The notes beneath the pieces are model-generated. The model ran no database searches. It was not told the DNA's origin and saw only the letters and a list, made by a program, of their open reading frames with translations. Made by a program: the position numbers and the translations under genes. A stretch of DNA of 64,000 bases, taken from Marsupella aquatica. Lineage: Eukaryota; Plantae; Marchantiophyta. Below are positions 13,001-25,530 of the stretch, one piece after another (positions within the stretch are counted from its first letter, which is position 1; each line of letters opens with the position of its first letter). Location: assembly GCA_973895155.1 (NCBI GenBank), contig OZ316894.1:8828234-8892233 (forward strand), given 5' to 3'.

Positions 13001-16000
13001 TTTTTCACATTCCATTGCTCCATGATGTCTGGAAAATTTTGCTGTTAATAGTGAAATTTGTACCCTATAGGCTCTTGAGGGGCAGCTGTGGTTTAAGTCA
13101 GCTCTCAGCCGTAACATTGCGAGGGGAAGTGGGATATATATCGGTGCTCAAGGGCAAAAAAGGCCGAACCAGGAGATATGATCCCAAAGGCATAGCACCC
13201 CAATTAAGGGAAGGAAAAATAGGGGAAAGGGCCCCAAGAAAAACAAGCCAAAGAATCCCCAATCAAAAGCCAACCAAGGAACAAGGACCAGAAAGTAACC
13301 TTCAAAGTGTAAGCTAGTTCGAGCAATATGGGCAAGGGCCCAAGGAGCCTCACTCTTGGTTCCTTCAAGCTTCAACCATTCTTGTTGCTTTTAGTGGTCA
13401 CCAGACACACTACACTGTACCCCGCTTTCGCAGACACATAGGGAGACTCATGCTACTCCAGGGCCCCAACACCGTCTCCAATCACTTTACACCCCACCCT
13501 CAACTCTCCCTGTGCACCTAGACTCACCAATATCTCTGATAGACAGCAGGGATTATCTTTACCCTATGCTTTATTAATTCATTTTTAAAGAAGCCTTACA
13601 ACAGACTGGACCAATTCTTTACAATAAAACAAGAGGTACAATTATACTTTTCCATTGAGAAATAAGTACAATGTTTCTCGTTTGACACTCTAATGTACTT
13701 CAGGGTCCGTACAATTTGAATTGCATCATTACCAGTAACGCAAGAATAATCTCAGGGCAACTGGCAATGCTTCGTTAGCTACAATTTGGACCGCTGACAT
13801 TTCTGTGTCAAATGGGTGAAATGCTCTTGTAACCGGTCTTCTAAAGTGTAACACAGGGTGTAGTTGACCATAGCCTGTACTATGTAAAATGGTGACAGGT
13901 GACCACAATGACAATGATTCTGGATTCCGCACAAGACCCTTCAGGTATGTTCTGGCAAAGAACTGCTGAAAAATGCAATGTCAGCCAAAAGGTCCTTTGT
14001 CACACATGTAAAGCTTGAGGGCCAGCTTGAGTGACTCAATCGAATCCAAGGGTGTTCCATATCACTTTGCAAATTTTTGTAAAAATAAACAATGGTAAAT
14101 AAACTGAAACAAATTAAATAAATATTTACCTTTAATTTAATGTAATATTCTTTAAAAAAATTACATTTGTATTTAAAACACTTTGATTCTATAATTATCA
14201 AAATGTAAAGAACCCTTATATTATTTAACAGAAATTTAAAATTATTTTCATAATCAGTTAAAAAAACTCTACACTTATTCGAGCATGATGGATTGGAAGA
14301 AAGTCTACCATGGTAAGGCTGTATTTTTTACACTAGACACTTTGTTTACACTAGACACTAGCCTTTACATACTGGCTTGAGCAAAGGATAAATAAATGTT
14401 ATAATTTTGATCCTGAGTACTCTGGCAAAATATTAGAGTGTTTAAGAGACCTTGAGATAATTTTGGGATGTATATTTAAGGATGATTTGAGTTAGATGTA
14501 AACTCTTACTTTGCAGTCTAATGATGGCGTATTATTTATAAAATAGACCGTAAATTGAAGTAAAGCATCCATAAATAACAAAAACAAGAACAGATACTGA
14601 TTGTAAGCTACGAGTATTAAAGCAACTATAAGCAACAAAGAACAAGAACAGATATTAGTAAGCTTCTTAGTTTACAAGTATTAAAGCATCCATATAAGTA
14701 TAGGTACAAAATTTAATTTACTCTTATTAAGCAATGCATCGTTTCCCCCTGAGAGCACAACTTAAATACATTAAGAAGAATATTGCGAAGTATTTTTCCA
14801 TACTTGGGCTGTCTAGCTGAGAAGATCGAAAGTCCTTCGAGTTTTTCCTAGCTCAAAATGACTGATCTGGTAAATCTCGCAATGACGATCACTTATGAGA
14901 AGGTTACACTATATTATATGAGTGCAAGATTCGTTTACACGGACGACCCTCTCTATTTGACATTTTCAGAGCGGTGAGAGCTACTTTTGGATGCAAGAGC
15001 TTTCTTTTCTTCGCTTAATTAAGTTCCTTGTTTCCAGTTTTCTTTACGAAGGTTTTGCATGTGATTTGATGTGAAGGACAGATTAAACTTACATGCAACT
15101 ACATTGGCGATACGTACACCCTCGAACAAGGAATGGACGGAGAAAGCGAAAATCAGGAGCATGGCATGATCCCCAAAGGAAGCTCTGTGGATATATCAAC
15201 GTCGCCTTCAGTCGGGCCTTCACTGTGACTTCAGGAATTGCTCGTGAGACTTAATCCTGACGACTGCATGTAGAGAATTTATGAGGAACAACACAATTGC
15301 GAAATTCCCATCTCAGTGGACTTCGAACTACTCATTTGTGAACGAAATGCCCATTTCAGTGGACTTCGAACTCCTCATTTGTGAGAGGAAAAAGGCACAA
15401 TAGCTGAATTAACAAACTAAGCTTTGCTCAAAACCTGCTCACTATCAAATCTACATGACTTCAGACGATTGGTGGGGTCATATTATTTCTGTACCATGAG
15501 TATATGAACAGCTAAAGACTAGAGAAGTTATTTTCTAACATTTGTTTCATCTATTGTGATGGCGAGGTGAAGTACTGGGAACCTCATCTCCTTCAGCTCT
15601 GCTCACTGATTTTGCCGAGATCGTGCAATTGTCGGAAGCCCGGGTCGGAAGCTGAGGTCCGTGAATTTGGCACCTGAAACTTTTCTCCCTGGCCACGAAG
15701 AAGCCTCGCTCCTTAAACTAACGATAATGATCGACGAGAATCGTCCGGCCATAGCCTAAAGTCACATGACAAAATGAAACCTGATACCATTTATTATACT
15801 TCTGCTCGCTATATGTAGAGACTGTAGAAGGATTCCCGGAGAATGAGAAGCACATGGAGCAAGTGCTCATAATTTCTGGTGGGAAGAACATATTACAGCT
15901 GACAGTTGTCGATAAAACTCAAGTAGTCCTATGTACAGTCGAATTTTGGTAGGTACCAAAACCATCCTTGGCAAGCAAACCAGCCTTGTTTGCTAGAGGA

Positions 16001-16539
16001 AACAGAAATCCAAACCACTCCAACATCCATCGCTTCGTTCGGATCGAGTTTGAATTCTTTACCATCGGACGATTTTAATGGCTCAGACGACAGATCGACC
16101 GCATGTCCTAAAGAGCCCATAGTTACACCCGACCGAGAGAAACGTACTGTACTGTTTACGACTACAGTCCTCCTAATCAACGGTATTTGCCTTTGGCCAA
16201 GACTCCCTCCTTGTTCGGCCGGCATTTACTCCCAGGCAATTTCAATTTGGATCCTGACTACGGTAGTCCCTACTGCCAGTCTACACCCTCTAGATTCCCC
16301 CTGTGTCAGGTCCATAGGTCTCGTACTGTCAAGCCCCAAACAAGCGCCTGAAATGCTTTTGGAGCTGCGAACGCGACTTGTCGTGTTTGCAACTCGTTTG
16401 CTTCTTCAAGAAGCAAGAGTACCGTTCAATCTTTGTGAGTATAAAAGTCAGGGCCGCAGTTCTCTTATCCAGTAGGGGATTTAAATGACGGCTGAAAGTG
16501 AGTTCGATATTTAGCTTAGGCGACGATTGATAGTCACGA

Positions 16540-17070
16540 GTTAGCTCCTCAACTGAATTTCGCGAATTTCCGTGTGTTGATTTCAGCTCGATCGGGCGAG
16601 AAGGGCATCTTTCACAGTTCTCTTGTAGATCCCCGCCCTGAAGGCGAATTATCATACGTACTACGTGCTGTTCGGAGCTCAGGTGAAGTCGGGTGACAGC
16701 AAATGAGCTCGCCTGCGTTGGGCGAATTGAGTTCAAGTGACTGAGGCGATTTCGTCGTCTCAGCTGAATTTCGTCTCGCGCAGTTTCGTACGTTGATGTT
16801 CAGCTTGATCGGGTGAGAACGGCATCTCCACTGTTAACTTATAGATCCTGTAAATACTGCCGAGGGCGAATTTTGATACTGACAGTAACCAAGTCCTCGT
16901 TAAAAAGGATCCCAAGGACCCCGAACATTTATAGTTAGTGAGTAGTAGTTCGACGTCCAGCTCACGCGAAGGTTGACGAATCGAGCTCCAGATGAGTGAG
17001 GAGATTCGAGCTCCTCAGCTGAATTTCGAGAATTTTAGTACGTTGATGTTCAGCTCGATCGGGCGAGAAT
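16540..17070. repeat. Three dispersed degenerate repeats (ctcagctgaatttcg...gttgatgttcagctcgatcgggcgagaa) upstream of the RDR gene
   Basis: Copies near 16545, 16759 and 17010, spaced about 215-250 bp apart. Confidence 0.8.
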
Positions 17071-17557
17071 CGTGGTCACGTAGGTGAAGAATTGAGTTGG
17101 TTTGAGCTCATTTCGCGTGGAAGTTCTTCATTCGGTTCTTCGTTATAATGTACGTCGCCGTATAGTTTGTAAAGTTGTAAAGTTCTCGCTAGGTTCCCGT
17201 CTTTGCTTCCTTCTTGAATCCACTTCTCGCGATGACTCTATGTGACTAATGGAATTATTTTGAATTTTGCTGCAGTGGATCGGACTTCGCTGTATATGGA
17301 ATAATTGCTTCAATCGAGATATAGAGAAACTCAAGAATGCTCGTATCAACATGGAGGACTAGTTGGACGTCTCCGATTTAGAAACCGTCACGCTTCTGTG
17401 ATGGATTCGTGACTGCGACAGACTGACAGCCTAGCCTTCGCTAGTCTTTCACTGTGATCTGCAAGACAGACGACGCAACTGATTCTACTGATACAGAGTT
17501 AATTGTCGACTCACATTTATATCTGTGTAGTGTGAACAGCAAATTTCTTGAGTCAAG

Positions 17558-20500
17558 ATGAATCTTAAGTTCTTGCCTAAATTCATGCGTCCTCAGGACA
17601 CTTCAGATGATGATGAAATGAGTGAGTCCGAGAACGGGAGTGTGAGCGAAGAGGAGACATATGATGATTGTCTTAGCGATGGAGATCGCTCTTCTGAGAA
17701 GAAACGAGAGCTTTCGGCAATTCAGAAATCCGTCGAATCAGCTCCGGGGTCCATAGCGACCGAGGCGTCTTGTAATATGAAGGAAGGGTGCTTCGTGGAT
17801 GTGGATTCTGACGACGACTTTGTGCAGACTGACCTTTTCAAGTCTGACTATTTACAGAAGATTCCAACTTTCGTTTCCACTCCGTCGAAAGGTATGTTGC
17901 AACTTTTGTCGATGTTAATTTTTGTCGAAGGGTGTGTTGAAATTCTCGTCGAAGTGGGATTTACGCACTGTCAAAGTTGGATTGAATTTTGCAGGTTCTA
18001 CTGTATACAAGAAAACTTCGGTGTACCCACCTCTGGGGTCCATTGCCACGGAGGTGAGTGTTGCGTCCACCGATGGCGAAGGAAGCTTCATTCACGTGGA
18101 AGCTGCAGACAACTTCGCGCAAACGACTAGTATACCATTGAAGTCTTTGGATTTGCGGAAGATCTCCACTCAGTCAAAAGGTACGTTGCTTGGAGCAATG
18201 CTTGGCCTCAAGGCATTGACGTTGTGTGAATTCTGCACTTGTCTCGTCTCCGACTGGCTTGACGTGAACAATTTTCGTCAATATTGGATTGGATTTTGCA
18301 GGTTCAACTGCATATAAGAACGATCTACAGACACTGTGCCAGAGGAAGCGGGTTAAACTCCCTACCTATACTCACGTAATGGAGGGCCCTGCTCATGCTC
18401 CCAAATTCCAGGCTTCTGTACAGGTTGGTGAGGACGCATATCATAGCGACAGAAATTTTAACAGTAAAGGGGAGGCAGAGCAAGCTGCTGCCAAGGAAGC
18501 CTTGTCCATTCTGGACCAGCTCGATATCACAAGTACACTTAAAGTGACAAGTAGCCAACCCAATGTTGGTTCCTTGAATGCCTCTGCGTGCACAGGTGAG
18601 GTCTTTTCACACAGGGTCAGGTGTTCGCATGCAAATCATCGTTATATCAATTTAGGACGTATTTTCGTCAGCCTTGTAAATCGGAGGAGCCCGCTCCATC
18701 CTTACGAAGAGCGCACGAATGTGGATGATGTGAACGTAGAACTTGGGATCGTGTTGTCTTTGGTATGCATTTGATTTTAATTCTAGGCTTTCTCCTGATT
18801 GAATATGATATTTTTTCATTCGCCCACAGCTTCTGATTCATTGAGGACGCCTAGTGAGGTAGCCGAAAAGTGAGAGGAAAGCGAATGCTCAAATTCTGTT
18901 TCTTTTGTTTATCCACGAACCAATTGACGCCGATTCTCTGTGACAGGCGATTCGGATGTCCGACTGAAGAATGTGAAGTTGGAGGGACAGTTGGGGACCA
19001 GTCTGACCATTGAAACTGCCATAGATCTCACAGAGACCGAACAATCCTTAGGGTCAAGTCCTCCATTGTCGACCTTAAGTTCCCCTGCTTGCAATACACG
19101 CGCACTGTCTGCAGCAAGATCGTACCAACAATTATGGGGAGGGCATCGTGACAGTAATACATTCAAAGGTGAGCCTCAGGTACTCCTTGTTTGCTGTGTG
19201 TGATGGTCATCGAAGCAATTACCGACTTGCGACTCCTGTGGTTTGTCTTCCACTTGATCTTTCTGTTTCCTACGTTTTCCTCAATTATGAGTGTTTTATA
19301 TATGGCAAGTACTAACGTAAGTTGTTTTTATCTTTGGGAGCACTACTGCTGGGTGTACCAGAGCACTGTACTCGGTATTCTCAATCCCAACTCATGTACT
19401 GAATTGGTTTACGTTTACCCCCAAATCTAACACCCTGCTTCAGATTTTTTGAGAGAAAATTTGAAAAAACTTGAGAAACTGATTGAAAAAACTGTGAGTG
19501 GGTATTAGATTTACTGCAGAAGAAGAAGCCTACGGCGTTGGACACTGTTGCAGCACTAGCTGGGCTCGACAATACAGTTCGGGGTATTGCAGGGCAATTT
19601 TCAGGGTTGCAAGTAAACGGAAGCATCCCTGATCGTGTTTCTGCACGCCAGGCACGGGAGCCGCATTCTGTGCAGCAGTCTGTGAAGTGGCCAACTCAAA
19701 CAGAGCACTTGGAAGCGCTTGGCAGATTGAAATTTGCAACCCATGCCTTCCCAATTCTCGCGAGACTGAACAGGTCATTTCACAGTTGAGGACACCTATT
19801 TTTCTGTGTGTTAGTGGGAACATTTCTATCGTGTAGCTTAACCTTATCAACATCTTGTTGGTTTCTCGTCAAACGCAGGCTGCCTCTGGAGGAGGTATAT
19901 ACTGTCGGTGAGATAGAGGGTCTCCAAAATCTGTCTGCAGATGCAGTCCATCCATACCTGTCAGATTTAGACAGAGTGCACAGGAGGGGGACCACGTCTC
20001 TCCCTCCACCGAAAGTAAGAATGTGACTCATGGAAATACAAATTTTGTTAACCGTATCTTGACGAATGTCTCATTATTGTACTGTAGAATTGCTTATCCA
20101 CCTCATGAAAATAAAAATTTTGTTAACCGTCTCTTGACGAATGTCTCATTATTGTACTGTAGAATTGCTTATCCACCAGAAGATGGATTGTAGTAGGACT
20201 TTTCTTTAATGTCACTGTCTTTTCCAGTCTTATGAATTTTATCGTGAAAATGGACTTCGATCGAGAAACAGAACACTTACTTTCCTTTTGCGCTGTGGGC
20301 ATTGACTGCATAATGCTCTGCCGGCAACTGACATTGTGATTTGGCTGATTTCTAACGCATTGCTGTAGATACAGACTGATCCAGAACTCCTCTCCTATGA
20401 ATGCCAAATCAACTCGAAAGGCGAGTGCTTATTCAAGGTGAGGAACCCGAAGCTTCTTGGTACAATGGACTTTTCTGGTGGAGTTTCTCTGCCAAGAACT

Positions 20501-23500
20501 TTCTCAGATTGCTTTGATTTGTTACTCGACGTGGTTTTTGATCATTACCAAATCTTCACCCTCTTCTGGCAGGCATCGCCAAATCGACAAGGCAGTACTG
20601 TACTACAGAGAACGCTGGGCTTTGACAAAGTTCTCCAAGTCTTCCTTGAAGAATGTTTCGAGTTTGACGTCTACAAAGATATTCTCAAGCACGGAATCTT
20701 TGCTGGGCCCCGTGTATATCATTACTTTGGTTAGTGTCTTTGGTTAACTTTCCTGTCCTGTTTTGACACTTTCGAAAATGAAAATATTTGAAAAGTACAC
20801 GCTAGTAATGCCATACCTTTTGACTCGCCTTTCCTATATCTGTGTGGAAGCAGTTCACAAGGGTGATGACGACAATAAGTCAGAAGACGAGGAGCATAGA
20901 AATACTCAGGGTATGATTACCTGGGCCGTGCCTGCTAGTCACGTTGTCGTGCTTTGTGAACGAATTTCTGCTTGCTCAGTGTCCTGGGAGTTTAAGTTTC
21001 ACGATAAGAAGCTGGAAGGTAACAAGACGCATGTATGCTCATGCAACCAGGGACAGTGAAATGCTATTTTGTTTGCACCGATTCCAAGGGAGAGAATGAT
21101 TTGAACGACAAGCGGTTCAGAAATTTTAATACAATTGCTGAAGTACGGTCCTTGTTTATGCACGTTCACACGTTACCAACTGTATCCAAGTACATTGCGA
21201 GGTATGCAACGATCCTTGTTGAGTCTTGCGATGATTAAGTAAATAAGTGAGAATAGCTAGAAACATAGTAGAAGGTGCTGTCAACAGTTTATGAGATCTT
21301 TCCATAAGCAACAAAGTACTCACGTATCCGTGTCTTTCTTTGCTGAGCCCCTCACTCACTGACTTGGGCATACAGGCTGCAGCTATGTTTGACGAAGACG
21401 ATGACGATAACGGACATCTCGTTTTCTCATCTAAATATCGATGAGATGGAAGATTTGCCCAGCAAGGTGCGCATGTCCTGTTTTCTCCTTCTTCGGACTG
21501 ACTCAAAGCTCACTATTAGTAATCAAGCCTAACACAGACGCTTTCAATCCTAATGCAGGACAAGGCGAATGCAAAAGCTCTGTTCACAGATGGAACAGGG
21601 TTCATATCTACTGATCTTAGTAGATTAATGCCCACGAGTATATTCAAGGGCCTGGAGTCAGACGAAGGGCTGAAGAATGAACTTCGTGAGGTACTCTGCT
21701 ACCCTGATTGTTCGATCCGTGATCAATCAAATTGGAAAGTTGATGCATGCAGAATCTAGTTTGCGCAAATCACTTGAAAAAAATACTGACCAGCTTCAGC
21801 AATGAACGTTGGATGTTTTCCCTTGTCAGGATTACCCTTCCCTACTTCAAGTTAGATTTTTTCAGAATGGCGCTGCCTACAAAGGCACACTGCTGGCAAA
21901 CAAAGCTGTGAGTACCCTCACTCGGCTACCGTGCTCTATGCGACTACTTCAGTTTCTTCCTTGATCCTGTTGGCCTTTGCTTTTTAATTAAAGTTATGAG
22001 GCATTCCTACTTTACTGTTGCAGATGTCAATCTTAATTGTATCCTTGCAATCTTTGAGGTTTTGCAGCTGCCAAACAACACGATCAAATTTTATAAGTCC
22101 ATGAAAAAAATTGAATGCGACCCTCGAATGAGCAAATCTTCAATCAGCTCGTTTGAACTTGTATCAACCAGGTCTGTGTCGCACCATTCTTAATGGCTTA
22201 CTTCTCTTCAAGTCAGATTGTCTATCCTGCGTTCAGTGTTCATGCTAAATAAAGCTTTCTCTCAATCCTGTTTGCGGCAGCCGGTGTCCACGACGCGCAA
22301 AATTGTCGCGGGATCTCATCGTGCTCCTTTCCATTGGTGGAGTACACGAATCTATTTTTCTGGAAGCGCTGAAACGTGCAAGTGAACAGGTCCTTGCAAT
22401 CCTTCGTGACCGCAAAAGGGCACATGAAGGTGAAATTCATTAGCCAATTTTGATCGATATTTCTCAGACAATCGATATTTCTCAAACAATCGATATTTCT
22501 CAGACAATTTTGGGGATGTAACCAGTGAATCGTGGATTCTTTCGCCCACCACTTGTGTACTTGATGATGATTTTTCAGAATTACAGTGGGAAGGAGGCAA
22601 CGAGATGGCGGAGACGACTCGTCATATGCTAAGGGCAGGCATCCCAATGGAAGAGCCTGGCCTTCAGCAGAACCTGATACATTTGATCAAGAACAAATTC
22701 AAAGACTTCGCTGTAGGGAAAGTGCCTCTTGACGGAACTTTCTACCTGATGGGCACAGCTGACCCCACCGGTACTTTGAAACCCAATGAGGTTGTTATTT
22801 TTGAGTAAGATTATCTCAACTCTCTAGATTGTCAATATTCGGAACTATTGTTGGCATATTCGTACTCTCTTTGATGTGAAGGCCAAGAATATCAAGTTGA
22901 TTTCAACTCTTAGCCTGTGGGAAACAGATATTCTGAACTGTATGTTGTTCTGACATTTGATGCAATGACATGACATGCAGGGGTGGCCGTCTGGTGTTTG
23001 GGCCGGTTTTACTCTATCGGGCTCCCGGGAAACATCCTGGGGATCCTCACAAAGCTGATGCAGTGTATTCCAAAGCTTTGCAAGAGATTGTAGGTGGTGA
23101 GAAAAATGTCATTTTCTTTTCAACGCAAGGTAGTCGCCCTCTACAGGATGAGATTGGTAAAGGTGATCTAGATGGCGATTTGTACTGGATTTGTGAAAAT
23201 CCGAAGGTAAGTTTCAAATAATTCTCCGTCCATCCCTCGAAAGCCAGGTGCTATCCCACCTGTTTACTTTAGAAGTTCGTATGATCATGGAGTTGATTTT
23301 CTACTGTGAATTTTGGAAAATTATCGCTTTTTGCTTGTTAGGGACAATTTCGAATTGTGTATATTAATTACTTACCGGACATCTTAGCGTTCTTCATAGG
23401 TCGTGAAACAGTTCACGGAATGGGTGCCTCGTTGGAGTCCGGGCCCTGTTAATAGCAGAGCTGGAAAGGGCCAAGACTCACCACAAGTTTCACAAGCCGT

Positions 23501-25007
23501 GCTGGAGGACGCTCTTCTTGATGTATATTTGAATGAACGCTTCAGCAAAAGGTTCGACATCTTTGTCTGGACAAAAGACGACATCTTTTATCCTCTGATC
23601 CTTTGTTCTTGTCAAACCTTAGAGAGAAGTTTATGGGGTACTTTATTGATGGGTATTGTGATTCTGATATGGTTGATTACAGTAAAGTTGTTGGGGCTGC
23701 CTCTATGCGTTGGCTGACTCATGCCGATGCTTACCTGCATCCTGATACTTCGTCGAAAGATAGAGATATCCACTGGAAGGAACTCATGAAGTATCCTGAC
23801 TACATATATGAAGCCATAGACTCAGCAAAGTCGGGGAAGCAGGTCAGTAATCGAGTATCAACAATTGCCCATGCTCATTTGGGGAAAGCTGAAGATTGCC
23901 ACAAAAGTTTCCGATAATTGAAGTCCACTTTCCTTCCGATTTTTCTGTAGAGAACTTTTCATAAAATATTGCCACAAGTATGTGACTTTGTTAGCAATCT
24001 TGCCTAAACAGCTCACACTCTTTCCGGAGCACAGTCTCCTTCGAAAATACAAGGCCCCTTACCTTTGGAGGTACCCTCAAAACGTTGAGGTAGGAACGGG
24101 GGTAGGAAGATCCATTTTGGGAAAGATATATGACCTCGGGACCGCCCAGGAGGCGAGAATGGGCCCTTCGTTTTGCCGTGGTACGTGCATGCTCCTTTTT
24201 CTCCTTCTTAACGTTTTCTCCTTTCCAAACCATTCATCAAAGCATTGTGAGAAGACTAGGAATACATCTAACCGACTTCTGCTGTTTCGCATCTATTCAT
24301 ATCGTCTATATCGTGATTTTTGTAATTTGACAATTTGACAAAAATGAATTCCAACGCTGTTCCTGAAAAATAGTGAACTGGTGGTCTGCAGATCACTACA
24401 AAGTTGATCCAGCTTTCATTGTTCCGGGTTCAGCAAAGTATATCGAGAAATGGAATGGGAATTATAAGCGATATCGTCAGGACATGGCCCGAGCGTGCGC
24501 GAAAAAGGAAGACGATCCCGAGGGACCGAATCGGGTCAATAAGAGCTGGAAGATGGTACCGTCGATTTCCGCCTGACCGGATGTGTTCACCTGGGCATTT
24601 GCTATTGTCTATCTTATTCAGAACTGCACTACATGCAGCATTCACAACCAGACTTGAATTGTCAGATGATGTACATCGGTATCCTTGGGTTCCTAACTGA
24701 TTCTGGGATGTTTCCAAATCGTCAGGTTCTTTATGGAGCTCCTTCGTTTAAGGAAAGGACGGAGGAGCGGCAACAGATAATAGAAGAGGCGTCCGCCATT
24801 TATCAGTTTGTGTATCGCACAGCACAACAGGACTGTGATGTGGGCAATGCCAAGATTGCCTTTGTTTGGAATGTAGCCGGGGTGGCCCTGTCTTCCATAT
24901 ATGCAGACAGCCAGCCCAAGGAATCCATTGTCTATTCCGGTAGCGCTTACAATGAGATCCACAAAAGATCCAAGGGATCAGCTTCTGCTTCCCGACGAGC
25001 GTTCTAA
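17558..25007 (+). CDS. RNA-dependent RNA polymerase, RDR3/4/5 (gamma)-like, with N-terminal acidic region and dsRBD; ~23 exons, ~1275 aa
   Basis: Hand-spliced phase-consistent GT-AG exons: 17558-17891, 17995-18180, 18302-18595, 18830-18853 (optional), 18947-19168, 19509-19773 (5' end uncertain), 19879-20014, 20369-20437, 20573-20729, 20854-20910, 21051-21201, 21376-21466, 21559-21690, 21830-21907, 22068-22171, 22281-22429, 22579-22804, 22981-23206, 23400-23551, 23683-23842, 24012-24180, 24392-24555, 24726-25007. Motifs: LEALGRLKF, VKCYFV, LFMHVHT..KYIAR, TDGTGFISTDL, QVRFF...YKGTLL, YLMGTADPTGTLKPNEV, YRAPGKHPGD, IFFSTQGSRPLQDEIGKGDLDGDLYW, RSILGKIYD, AFVWNVAG. Confidence 0.93.
18313..18516 (+). 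other. Double-stranded RNA-binding motif (dsRBD/DSRM) encoded in exon 3 of the RDR locus
   Basis: YKNDLQTLCQRKRVKLPTYT..EGPAHAPKFQASVQV....HS...FNSKGEAEQAAAKEAL fits the plant DRB/HYL1-type consensus (K.xLQE..Q....lP.Y...GP.H.P.F...V.V......F...K.AEq.AA..AL). Confidence 0.92.
20027..20176. repeat. Near-perfect 75-bp tandem duplication inside an RDR intron
   Basis: ctcatg.aaata.aaattttgttaaccgt.tcttgacgaatgtctcattattgtactgtagaattgcttatccac occurs twice. Confidence 0.92.
22453..22508. repeat. 18-bp tandem repeat x3 (atcgatatttctcagaca) in an RDR intron
   Basis: Directly visible; it generates the spurious NIDCLR repeat in the minus-strand ORF. Confidence 0.9.
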
Positions 25008-25530
25008 AATGGGCATGATACAATGGAACGAGAGTTGGATTACAAGGCGCAAGGTTTGGTCTGGATGACGTAAATGAAGTGCCCTTACTGGTGGCGTTTT
25101 GCCCTAAACCCTAAACTCACTTTCCCTCTCCTACTGAATCTTCACGATGATGGCCAAATTAGAGTGCCGGCCACAAATGACTTTTCAGAGGTCGATCTGG
25201 GGGAAATTTGACATGCGCAAGTGATGTTGCAGCACTTGCATCACATTACTAAAAGTTTCTGTTGCTATGCCAGAGACCTCGACCTTGGTCCCTCGTGTCA
25301 CTCACATCACCGTTGAAAGGAGTTTGTGATACAAAGGAGTTTATGAGACTCTGCTACAGACATCGGCATTGAGCAGTTTCACAGTACAAACCAGTTTTTG
25401 CTTTGGTGCCACGCACTTTTGGCATTCGGCAGCCTTTCATGTTCCGAACTTAGGATTGCAACTTCAGATGTCTCCATTTTTCCGTCTCCTGTTGAATAAT
25501 TTAAGGGATGACGGCACAGCCAGATCTGTT

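Noticed and set aside
15929-16475. ORFs of 98 aa (minus) and 161 aa (plus) upstream of RDR
   Set aside because: No recognisable domain and no consistent exon chain could be built.
25102-25115. ccctaaaccctaaa telomere-like repeat
   Set aside because: Only two units in a 3' flank; not an interstitial telomeric array.
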